NCBI GenBank assembly: GCA_017558005.1
Contig: JAFYWN010000007.1
Span: 9,374 to 73,373, forward strand
DNA: 64,000 nucleotides
Direction of reading: 5' to 3'
Source: Kiritimatiellia bacterium
GTDB taxonomy: Bacteria; Verrucomicrobiota; Kiritimatiellia; RFP12; DVOR01
The translations under genes and the position numbers were made by a program. The stretch's first letter is position 1; each line of letters begins with the position of its first letter. Positions 50,079 through 58,856 of this stretch are shown piece after piece. The notes below the pieces were generated by a model. It was not told the DNA's origin and did not search any database. It worked only from the letters and a program-made list of their open reading frames with translations.

Positions 50079-53000
50079 TTAGGACAAGAGGTCTTCGATT
50101 TCTGCCATGGTCAGTGTGGAGACGATGGAGGCGTCGGTGGCATTGACGGTGGCTTCGATGAGGGCCTGCTTTTTGCGTTGCATCTCAAGCACTTTTTCTT
50201 CAATGGTGTCTTGTGCAATGAGTTTGATGGCTTGTACGGTTCGCTTTTGTCCAATACGATGCGCTCGGTCGGTGGCTTGTTCTTCTGCGGCAGGGTTCCA
50301 CCATGGATCAAAGTGCACAACCATGTCGGCACCCGTCAAATTTAGGCCTGTGCCACCAGCTTTCAGGGAGATTAAGAAGACGGAGATGGTGGTGTCTTGA
50401 TTGAAGCGCGCACATTCGTCTAACCGATTTTTTGTTGAGCCGTCTAAGTAGCAGAAGCGAATTTCTTCTTCGGTTAGGCGCGCAGCAATCCGTTTGAGCA
50501 TTGAGGTGAATTGGGAGAAGATGAGCATTCGGTGGCCACCTGAACGCGCTTCTGCGAGTAATTCCATCAAGGTATTTAGTTTGGCCGAGGTTTCTTCGCC
50601 ATCGGCCACTTTGTAGTCTGGCATGAGGCAGGCATCGCAACAAATTTGACGCAATCGCATGAGGTCTGCCAAGACTTCAAAGCGTGACTTTTCAAATCCT
50701 TTTTCTTTCACAAGGTTACGCATGCGGGTGCGGACGTGTTCACGAATGCGGTCGTAGGCATTCCGCTGAGAAGGCGTTAACTCGCAATACATCACGGTGC
50801 GGATCTTATCGGGCAAATCTGGCGCCACTTCTTTTTTCACACGGCGAAGTAAGAAGGGATGGAGTTTTTTCCGCAGTTGGTCTTGTGCAAGCTCGGCGGC
50901 TCGTCCTCCTAATGCCACGGCATCTTCGTAACGCAGCTTAAAGGCGTCATATTTCCCGAGGTAATCTGGCATGAGGAAGTCCATGATGCTCCAGAGGTCT
51001 GAAACACCATTTTCAATCGGTGTACCAGAGAGGACCAGACGCGTATCGGAGCGCAACTGTTTGACGGCTTGCGCATTTTGCGTTCGCTGATTTTTAATTG
51101 CTTGCGCTTCGTCTAATACGACAGCGGAATAGGCACATTTTGTGTGGAATTCGGTGTCTCTACGAATTAAAGCATAACTTGTTATGACCAAATCGCTCTC
51201 GGGTACTTTTTTAAATTTATTGAAGCGATCGGGCCCAGATAAGACTAAGCAACGCAACCAGGGCACAAATTTCAGTGCTTCACGTCGCCAGTTTTCTACC
51301 AAAGAGGTTGGGCAGATAATCAATGCGGGGGCGCGTCTAGCTTCTTCACGATAGCGTGGTAATTGCAGCCAGGTCAACGTTTGAAGGGTTTTACCTAAGC
51401 CCATCTCGTCGGCAAGGATGCCACAAAATCCACAGGTTTCCAAAAAGCGCAACCAATAGACACCTTCTTTTTGATAGGGACGCAAGGTCTCTTCAAGGCG
51501 ACCTAAGGGAACGGGTTCTGGCTTTTCTTCACGATTTTGGGCGGCAGCCCGTTTACGCCAGTCTGGGTGTGTTTCAAAATCAATCCCATCCAAGCTCGCA
51601 AGAACCGCCTCAACAAATGGCACGTGTACTGCTTCTACGCAAGAACTGCCGGGTGTTTTCCCTGCCGTAGCATGGCACGAAGCGAGGGTCTTTCGTAGGG
51701 TTCGCAATGCATTGATATCAATTAATGCAAGTGCGCCCTCTTTTTCAATATACGCATTTCCATGCGACAAGGCGCGTTCTATCTCTGCGGCGCTAACGGA
51801 GAGCTTGCCTTGGGGGGACTCGTAAACAGTGGTTAATTCAAAAGAGGTGCCTGTCGCAGAGGGTTTCACAGAGACCACGGGTACAATCATTTCTGCTCGT
51901 TCAAAGCAGTCATTTATGGCCCCAGATAAAATCACGCGCCACCCCACACGGCGAACGGCGGGGATGTGTTCGCCCAAGAGATTGCGAATGGCACGTGTAC
52001 CGCTTACGGTCCCTAAATGTTTGCCATCGGAGCCATAAAATCCCATTGCTTGGGTGTATTCCAAGGCGGCGCGCTCTGCTTCACGATTGCGAACGTAACA
52101 ATGATAGAAGTCGTCTGGATCGGGTTGGGAGACCTCTTCTTTTGAACCAACGGTTACATAGTTATTTCCATAACAGGCTTTTAGGCGCGCTGTTACGTAA
52201 TTCTCATCCCCATCAAGTTCTAATACAAATCGTGGTTCGCCTGGGGTCGTTGTGAAAAGTTCAAAGGGAACACTTTCTTCATCCAAAGGTAATGCCGCCG
52301 TCATCTGCGGCAGTTCATTACGATAAAAGTGTACTAATGCCCCACGAGAGACTTGTACAGGTTCGCAATAGACTGCTTGATAGGGTAAAGGCAAGGTGCT
52401 CGCCACTGGGTGCGCATCGGCTCCCTCAATTAAAAAGCCTTGCGTGCCATGCACCAACAAAACGCCTGCTTGTGGTGCACCAATTGAGACGATTAGCGAA
52501 TCGGTCTCCAAGTTTGGACGCAAGCGAATCGGCGTTTGTACAGGTTCTTTACACATTCGAATTTGTTTACGCTCCGTAGCGAACCCTACCCAACTCTTTG
52601 CAGCGCATCGAATGATTGAGAGGGTGTCTGCCTGCGAGAGGTCAATGGTATCTGTAAATGCTCCCTCAGTAATATCCTCAAAGATACCAATTAAATCCTC
52701 ATCTCCCTCGGAGAAGGCGTAACGCTCCTTCGGCAGCTCTTGCGGTTTCCATGCCTTCCCTGCCACATAGATGCGAATGCCAATGCGCACCGTGCCATTG
52801 TAAAAGGCCTCACGCAACGATTGTAACGAAGGAAGGAAGACGCGTAACAATGCAGGACGGCCATGAGGGTCTCGCTGGATCAAATCTTTCGCTTGTGACA
52901 AACGCGCCATCCGTGAACGTTCTTCGTCGCATTGTTGGCGACGGGATTCACTTCCATAAAGATGCATCACTGCGAGCATCCCCGCCACGATGTGTTCACA

Positions 53001-53540
53001 CAAGAGGCCTCGATCCCGTGAATCCGAACAAAGACACTTCCCCTCAGCGAGCCCATTGGGAAGCATTTTAAATGTAATTGGCAATTTTACATGGTTGCCC
53101 GCAACGGTTGCCTGTCCATTTGGATAAGCAAAACTTACTTGTGAGACTGCCCCCGACTTGAGTAAGCGCGTCGCACGGACCAAGGTTGTGGCATCAGCCC
53201 ACTTTTCAATTTGGGCTAATGATGGGGCGCGCTCAGCAGAAAAGGTTACCGAATCTGCCGAACCTCGCTGCTGATCCACCCATGCCAAAGCAACGGCTAT
53301 CGCGTGTGCACACATGCCCTCTTTTTGCGCGGCGGCACAAACACACTGCACCTTAGGACGGCCCTCTGTTAATGTAATGCGCGGCACGATACGCGCGGCG
53401 CCAATCTTCAGTGAGGCGGCAATTGTAGAACCGCTACTTTGCACCTTCCCCTGCAATGCGCCAGAAGTGTACAGCCGATGCCCTTGTTCAGCCATTTCCA
53501 AGTTTGCCCACGTGGCAATTTGTTCGCGCGTCAATCTCAT
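50079..53540 (-). CDS. SWIM zinc-finger / SNF2-family helicase.
   Basis: There are two N-terminal SWIM CxC...CxH motifs (VQCVCAAAQKEGMCAHAIAV and CLCSDSRDRGLLCEHIVAGM). SNF2 motifs follow (ILADEMGLGKTLQ, DEAQAIKN) with a C-terminal helicase domain. Confidence 0.9.
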   Translation of the reverse strand: MRLTREQIATWANLEMAEQGHRLYTSGALQGKVQSSGSTIAASLKIGAARIVPRITLTEGRPKVQCVCAAAQKEGMCAHAIAVALAWVDQQRGSADSVTFSAERAPSLAQIEKWADATTLVRATRLLKSGAVSQVSFAYPNGQATVAGNHVKLPITFKMLPNGLAEGKCLCSDSRDRGLLCEHIVAGMLAVMHLYGSESRRQQCDEERSRMARLSQAKDLIQRDPHGRPALLRVFLPSLQSLREAFYNGTVRIGIRIYVAGKAWKPQELPKERYAFSEGDEDLIGIFEDITEGAFTDTIDLSQADTLSIIRCAAKSWVGFATERKQIRMCKEPVQTPIRLRPNLETDSLIVSIGAPQAGVLLVHGTQGFLIEGADAHPVASTLPLPYQAVYCEPVQVSRGALVHFYRNELPQMTAALPLDEESVPFELFTTTPGEPRFVLELDGDENYVTARLKACYGNNYVTVGSKEEVSQPDPDDFYHCYVRNREAERAALEYTQAMGFYGSDGKHLGTVSGTRAIRNLLGEHIPAVRRVGWRVILSGAINDCFERAEMIVPVVSVKPSATGTSFELTTVYESPQGKLSVSAAEIERALSHGNAYIEKEGALALIDINALRTLRKTLASCHATAGKTPGSSCVEAVHVPFVEAVLASLDGIDFETHPDWRKRAAAQNREEKPEPVPLGRLEETLRPYQKEGVYWLRFLETCGFCGILADEMGLGKTLQTLTWLQLPRYREEARRAPALIICPTSLVENWRREALKFVPWLRCLVLSGPDRFNKFKKVPESDLVITSYALIRRDTEFHTKCAYSAVVLDEAQAIKNQRTQNAQAVKQLRSDTRLVLSGTPIENGVSDLWSIMDFLMPDYLGKYDAFKLRYEDAVALGGRAAELAQDQLRKKLHPFLLRRVKKEVAPDLPDKIRTVMYCELTPSQRNAYDRIREHVRTRMRNLVKEKGFEKSRFEVLADLMRLRQICCDACLMPDYKVADGEETSAKLNTLMELLAEARSGGHRMLIFSQFTSMLKRIAARLTEEEIRFCYLDGSTKNRLDECARFNQDTTISVFLISLKAGGTGLNLTGADMVVHFDPWWNPAAEEQATDRAHRIGQKRTVQAIKLIAQDTIEEKVLEMQRKKQALIEATVNATDASIVSTLTMAEIEDLLS

Positions 53541-53765
53541 AAATCTAAAAACTTCTCAGCATATTTCAGGGGCATCTCAATGCACCGCTTTATCTAACCG
53601 CAAGCATAACAAAAATAGTATGATTTCTCAACATCCTCCCTCGCATGATAGACCGTTTTAGCACACGAAGCCCCCATTTTCATTTCCCAAACCTAAAAAT
53701 AAGAGTAGTATCTTTTTTCTTTTTATGGTATGCTAACCGCATCAACCTTGAAAGGAGTTTGAATT

Positions 53766-55091
53766 ATGAGCGGCATTTTTAAAGCCTATGACATTCGTGG
53801 TATCTATGGTGAGGACTTAACTGAAGCGATTGCCTATGACATTGGCAAGGCCTATGTTACGTTTACGCAAGCAAAGAAAGTGGTGATCGGCCGTGACTGC
53901 CGTCCGCACTCCATTCCTTTGCAGGAAGCATTGACGCGTGGCATTACCGAAATGGGCGCTGACGTTGTGGATATCGGCGAATGCTCCACCCCGATGAATT
54001 ACTTTGCAAACGGCACGTTGAAGGCGGAAGGTTCGATCATGATTACGGCCTCCCACAATCCTGCCGAATGGAACGGATTTAAGCTCTGCCGTGCTGAAGC
54101 AGTGCCGATTTCTGGCGTGACTGGCATTGAAGACATTGAAGCCATTGTCAAGGCTCAGGCATTCAAGCCTGTGGCAGATACGACTGGCACTGTCAGCACC
54201 TATGACATCCTTCCTGAATATCGCGAACACATTCGCCCCTTCATGAACTTTGCTCGTCGTCCGAAGTTGGCCATTGACTACGCCAACGGCATGGGCATTC
54301 CCGAAGCAAAGACCTTTGAAGATGCAATTGACCAGACCCGCCTCTTCGGTGATATCGATGGTAGCTTCCCCAACCATGAAGCAAACCCCCTGCACCACGC
54401 TACCTTGGCTGACCTGCAGAAGGAAGTCCGCGCAGGCAAGTATGACTTCGGCGTTGCTTTCGACGGTGACGCAGACCGCGCAGGCTTCATCGATGAAAAG
54501 GGTGACATCATCCCGATGGACCTCATCACCGCACTCATCGCTCAGGATGTGCTGAGCCGCGAAAAGGGCGTTATCTTCTACGATCTGCGTTCGAGCCGCG
54601 TCGTTAAGGAAGTGATTGAAGCAGCGGGTGGCGTGCCGATGATGAGCCGCGTGGGCCATGCCTTCATTAAGGCACAGATGCGCGAACACAAGGCTATCTT
54701 CGCAGGCGAACTCTCTGGTCACTACTACTTCCGCGACAACTTTGTAGCAGAATCCTCCTCCATGGCAGTGATTGCACTCTGCAACATCGTGACCAATTCG
54801 GACAAGCCCCTCTCTGAACTCATCGCACCGCTGCGCAAGTATGCCTGCTCTGGCGAAATCAACACCAAGGTTTCCCGTGACCCGAAGGAAATCCTCGCCG
54901 AAATCAAGGAAAAGTATGCCGATGGCAATGTCTTTGAATTGGACGGCGTGAGCGTGGATTATCCCACTTGGTGGTTGAATGTGCGCTGCTCCAACACCGA
55001 ACCGCTCGTGCGTCTCAACCTCGAAAGCACCAAGAGCACCGAGGAAATGGAAGCCAAGCGCGATGAAGTGCTTGCCTTGATTCGCAAGTAA
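53766..55091 (+). CDS. Phosphomannomutase/phosphoglucomutase (alpha-D-phosphohexomutase).
   Basis: The N-terminus is FKAYDIRG, the active-site region is TASHNP, and GVAFDGDADR is the Mg-binding loop. Confidence 0.85.
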   Translation: MSGIFKAYDIRGIYGEDLTEAIAYDIGKAYVTFTQAKKVVIGRDCRPHSIPLQEALTRGITEMGADVVDIGECSTPMNYFANGTLKAEGSIMITASHNPAEWNGFKLCRAEAVPISGVTGIEDIEAIVKAQAFKPVADTTGTVSTYDILPEYREHIRPFMNFARRPKLAIDYANGMGIPEAKTFEDAIDQTRLFGDIDGSFPNHEANPLHHATLADLQKEVRAGKYDFGVAFDGDADRAGFIDEKGDIIPMDLITALIAQDVLSREKGVIFYDLRSSRVVKEVIEAAGGVPMMSRVGHAFIKAQMREHKAIFAGELSGHYYFRDNFVAESSSMAVIALCNIVTNSDKPLSELIAPLRKYACSGEINTKVSRDPKEILAEIKEKYADGNVFELDGVSVDYPTWWLNVRCSNTEPLVRLNLESTKSTEEMEAKRDEVLALIRK

Positions 55092-55103
55092 TCTTCTCTA
55101 CTA

Positions 55104-55143
55104 CGGGCCAGATGCTTCAACATCTGGCCCGTATCTATTTTCT
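55104..55143 (+). terminator. Rho-independent terminator after the phosphomannomutase gene.
   Basis: The stem CGGGCCAGATG/CATCTGGCCCG has loop CTTCAA and is followed by TATCTATTTTCT. Confidence 0.55.
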
Positions 55144-55167
55144 AAATTCAAGTTGAGAGAAACTCCA

Positions 55168-56343
55168 ATGATTAACGAACCTGTCTACAACGAATTGATT
55201 GAAAAGTATAAGGCGCATTATGGGAAGGCTCCTGAAGTTGTTTCCTACGCACCTGGTCGTATTGAAGTTTTGGGCAACCACACCGACTACAACGAAGGTT
55301 ATGTCTTCTCTGCCGCCATCAACTACGGTACCTTCTTTGCAATTTCTCGTAATGATGCCGGCGTCAATCGTATTGTGGCAGGCGACTTGATGCATGAAGT
55401 CACCTTCCCCTTGACGGGCGCCACTCCGGTGAAGGAAGATACGTGGGCAAACTACGTGATTGGCACTGTGGCGGGTTTGAATCAAATTAAGCAGCAGAAC
55501 ACAGGTTTTGACGCGATGTTTTTGGGTAATGTCCCGATGGGCTTCGGTCTCTCCTCCTCTGCCGCACTTGAAATGTGCACCGCAAAAGCCGTTTGCCAAC
55601 TCTACACGATTACGGCTGACAACGTCACCTTGGCAAAGGTTGGCCAGGCTGCAGAACGCGACTACGCAGGCTGCCCGTGTGGTCTTTTGGACCAAATCTC
55701 CTCGCTCTGTGGCGTGGAAGGCATGCTCGTGAAGACGGACTTCCGTTCGCTTGACGTTGAAACAGTGGATATGGGCCCGAGCGTCTGCTTCTTAATGTGC
55801 AATCCTCACGCCAAGCATGCGCTCGTGGATGGTCAGTATGCCACCCGCCGTCAGGCTTGCGAAGATGCCGCCGCCTACTTCGCTAAAGTGCTCCCCCACC
55901 CCGTGGCCGCACTCCGTGATGTCACGATGGCAGAATGGGAAGCCAACAAGGATGGCCTGGATCCAATCGTTGCCAACCGCGCAGCACACCCGATTGGCGA
56001 AGATGAACGTGTTCTCCTCGGTGCTCAGCTCTTGGAAAAGGGCGACCTTGAAGGTTTCGGTAAGTTGCTCTTCGACTCCCATGAAAGCTCTCGCACGATG
56101 TTTGAAAACTCCTGCGAAGAATTGGACAACGTGGTGGCCGTAGCCAAGACCGTCCCGGGTGTCTTGGGTGCTCGCCTCTCTGGTGGCGGCTTCGGTGGCT
56201 CTGCAGTGGTTTTGGTCAAGACCGAAGCGGCTGAAAGCGCAGCGAAGGCAATTGCCGAACAGTACAAGGCAAAGACCAATAAGGATTGCGAAGTCTCTAT
56301 GATTCAGCCCTCCATTGGCGCCTCAATCGTTTATACCGCATAA
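55168..56343 (+). CDS. galK: Galactokinase.
   Basis: The GalK signature APGRIEVLGNHTDYN and the GHMP motif PMGFGLSSSAA are present, with a C-terminal SGGGFGG. Confidence 0.85.
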   Translation: MINEPVYNELIEKYKAHYGKAPEVVSYAPGRIEVLGNHTDYNEGYVFSAAINYGTFFAISRNDAGVNRIVAGDLMHEVTFPLTGATPVKEDTWANYVIGTVAGLNQIKQQNTGFDAMFLGNVPMGFGLSSSAALEMCTAKAVCQLYTITADNVTLAKVGQAAERDYAGCPCGLLDQISSLCGVEGMLVKTDFRSLDVETVDMGPSVCFLMCNPHAKHALVDGQYATRRQACEDAAAYFAKVLPHPVAALRDVTMAEWEANKDGLDPIVANRAAHPIGEDERVLLGAQLLEKGDLEGFGKLLFDSHESSRTMFENSCEELDNVVAVAKTVPGVLGARLSGGGFGGSAVVLVKTEAAESAAKAIAEQYKAKTNKDCEVSMIQPSIGASIVYTA

Positions 56344-56368
56344 TGCTTATTCGGTAACGACAAATAAT

Positions 56369-56407
56369 AAATCGCCTTGAGGATTCTCAAGGCGATTTCT
56401 ATTTTTA
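56369..56407. terminator. Bidirectional terminator between galK and the MBL hydrolase gene.
   Basis: A 12-bp perfect stem (AAATCGCCTTGA/TCAAGGCGATTT) has a 6-nt loop. T-rich tracts lie on both sides. Confidence 0.6.
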
Positions 56408-56447
56408 CAAATGATTAGCTCACTTGGCTTTTAACGTCATTTGGCTT

Positions 56448-57092
56448 TTAAAATGCCTCTTCCTCACGAAGGTAAGGATTATGCTTCACTTCCCATGCCA
56501 TTGTAGAAGCCTCTTCATGGCCAGGAAGAATGGTTGTTTCGGGCGGCAAAATCTCCGCCAACATCTTTAATGACGCGTTCAATTTTAAGAATGAACCACC
56601 CGGCAAGTCTGTGCGGCCAATCGATGCCTTAAACAACGTATCTCCCGTGAAGCACAATGAAACGCCATCTTCACGTTCAAACCAAATGCACTGACCGCCA
56701 GGCGTATGCCCTGGCGTGTGCAAGAGGCGAGCGGTAAGTCCGCCGCATGTATAGGTTTCACCAGCGGCAACCAAGGTGGCGGGACGTTTTTGATGCATAT
56801 AGAAGGGCGGATACTGGTTAAAATTGTGCGTAAATGCCCACTCTGCATCCTCTTCTCGCATAACCACAGGCAACTCGGGCCACTGCTTAAGCAATGCATC
56901 CAACGCACCTAAGTGGTCAAAGTGTCCATGGGTCAACACAATGGCAACAGGTGTCAAATGGCGATTTTCCAATTCCGCAATGATGTCTTCTGCATCGGTG
57001 CCTGGATCAATAATCCAAGCGTTTGAATCTTTCCACACAAGATAACAATTTTCACCTAAGGGGCCCGTTACAATCGGATAAAACTCAAGCAT
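56448..57092 (-). CDS. MBL-fold metallo-hydrolase (glyoxalase II-like).
   Basis: The THGHFDHLG metal-binding motif is present. The protein is 214 aa. Confidence 0.8.
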   Translation of the reverse strand: MLEFYPIVTGPLGENCYLVWKDSNAWIIDPGTDAEDIIAELENRHLTPVAIVLTHGHFDHLGALDALLKQWPELPVVMREEDAEWAFTHNFNQYPPFYMHQKRPATLVAAGETYTCGGLTARLLHTPGHTPGGQCIWFEREDGVSLCFTGDTLFKASIGRTDLPGGSFLKLNASLKMLAEILPPETTILPGHEEASTMAWEVKHNPYLREEEAF

Positions 57093-57115
57093 CTTCTTTT
57101 CCTTTCAAAGAGTGA

Positions 57116-57991
57116 TTACGAACCTGAAAAGCGTCGCGCAGCGAGTAGCGCACCAATAAAACAACTGCAGAAAAAGAGCACGACCCATTTGCACCCGCTC
57201 TCATACATGGCCAAACAGCAGACGCACTGTAATGGAATTAAAAAGCGAATAAGTCCTGCCACTAATTCGGGAACACGAAGCGAACGGAATAAAAACGCGG
57301 CCAATCCTATGGCAACCACAATCGGCGGCCACCACATACCTCGATCAAACCACAGGAAAAGTGGCACTAACAAAAGGCACATTAAGGGTGCAAGAAAGCG
57401 TACTTTTCCCGTCTTTGCACCAGGAACCGCTTCATTTTTAGCAATAACAGAGACCAACACAATGTAACCCGTGAAAAACAACATCACCCACAAAAGTAGG
57501 GCTACAACAGGCGTCTCTCCCATGGGCCAACTTGTCGCCGCGCCAAGATAGATATTCATCCCGCGACAGCAACCCATTGTGATGACACCAATCCACGCGA
57601 TATGTTTTGCCAACACATTGTAAAAAAGAATCAAGCCCAATAAAACAAGCGCAACAGAAAATCCATTCCATGCCAAAAGCAAACCAACGCCTGCGAGCCC
57701 TACTCCCACAAGAAAGACCAACACCCGAGAGACGCGTCCAGAAGGAATCGGGCGCGAGGGGCGTTCTTTGGCATCAATTGATGCATCAAAGACATCATTC
57801 CACAAAAGACCTGCGGCATAAAAACAGAGCGAGGCCACCATCGAACAAATTGGAATGCCGCCTCGCATCCCAGAAAGCATCCATCCAACAAGAACATCAC
57901 CAGGCACCGTGAAGAGATTGGGCAACCGTAAGAGTTCGGCCCACGTATGCCAATGGCTACACCTTTTCTTCAAGGAGGACTTTTGCTTCAC
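57116..57991 (-). CDS. UbiA-family prenyltransferase.
   Basis: It is a polytopic membrane protein. The N-terminal LRLPNLFTVPGDVL and the Asp-rich NDVFDASIDA motif are typical of UbiA. Confidence 0.7.
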   Translation of the reverse strand: MKQKSSLKKRCSHWHTWAELLRLPNLFTVPGDVLVGWMLSGMRGGIPICSMVASLCFYAAGLLWNDVFDASIDAKERPSRPIPSGRVSRVLVFLVGVGLAGVGLLLAWNGFSVALVLLGLILFYNVLAKHIAWIGVITMGCCRGMNIYLGAATSWPMGETPVVALLLWVMLFFTGYIVLVSVIAKNEAVPGAKTGKVRFLAPLMCLLLVPLFLWFDRGMWWPPIVVAIGLAAFLFRSLRVPELVAGLIRFLIPLQCVCCLAMYESGCKWVVLFFCSCFIGALLAARRFSGS

Positions 57992-58072
57992 GTCAAAAAT
58001 TCTTGATTGATGGCAAATTACATTAAAATACCCCAGGCCATTAGCCTTGGGGTATTTCTAATCAACACGCGA

Positions 58073-58855
58073 TTACCAAACGATTTCGCGAGATTCAAAT
58101 ACAGGTCCATCCACGCAAACACGCGCCAAGACCTCATTGCCTGTGCCATCCTTGCGAATCTTTTGGACACAGGCCAAGCAAGCACCCACGCCGCACACCA
58201 TGTGTTTATCCAAGGAGAGCCAACCCTTAATGCCATGCGCGATGGCGCGTTCGCCCACGGCGCGCAACATCCCATCGGGGCCACAAGCATACAACTCAGC
58301 GGCAGGATTTGCATTCAAAGCTTCATCGAGGGGTAACGTCACCAAACCCTCTTGACCCAAAGAGCCATCTTGTGTGGCAATGCGAACTTCCCAACCAATC
58401 GTCTTGAAACGTTCCGTCTCTAAGATATCTGCGGCAGTACGTCCACCCACAAAGAGGATGCCCTTCTGCGGCAATCGCGTTGCCAAAAACCACAACGGTG
58501 CAACACCATAACCGCCACCCACCAAATAAGGCGTGCCAGTGGGATTTAACGGGAAGGGCTTTCCAATCGGACCAAGAATATTGAGCTGCGTACCAACCGT
58601 CAACTTCGCAAGACGCTGCGTGCCATAGCCCACCACTTTGTAGAGCACATACAGTTTGCCCGTGGCAGGATCTGCATCATAGATACTAAATGGACGACGC
58701 AGACGCGACGCCTCTAAGGTCGGAATCTGCACATGGACAAACTGACCAGGTTGTGCGAGCGTTGCAATCTCTGGCGCATCGAAGGTCAACACATTGTAGC
58801 CCTGTGCAAGGGGGCGGATATCAATCAATTTCGCAATCGTGTCTTGCATAATCAT
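58073..58855 (-). CDS. Dihydroorotate dehydrogenase electron-transfer subunit-like (PyrK-type FAD/[2Fe-2S] oxidoreductase).
   Basis: A ferredoxin-reductase fold has the RPFSIY FAD motif, GGGYGVAPL for NAD binding, and a C-terminal CGVGACLAC cluster. Confidence 0.7.
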   Translation of the reverse strand: MIMQDTIAKLIDIRPLAQGYNVLTFDAPEIATLAQPGQFVHVQIPTLEASRLRRPFSIYDADPATGKLYVLYKVVGYGTQRLAKLTVGTQLNILGPIGKPFPLNPTGTPYLVGGGYGVAPLWFLATRLPQKGILFVGGRTAADILETERFKTIGWEVRIATQDGSLGQEGLVTLPLDEALNANPAAELYACGPDGMLRAVGERAIAHGIKGWLSLDKHMVCGVGACLACVQKIRKDGTGNEVLARVCVDGPVFESREIVW

Positions 58856-58856
58856 C

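Noticed and set aside
39920-50080. Interpreting the island as a prophage or an integrative element.
   Set aside because: I saw no integrase, recombinase, tRNA target or structural phage genes. I report it only as a compositionally distinct defense island.
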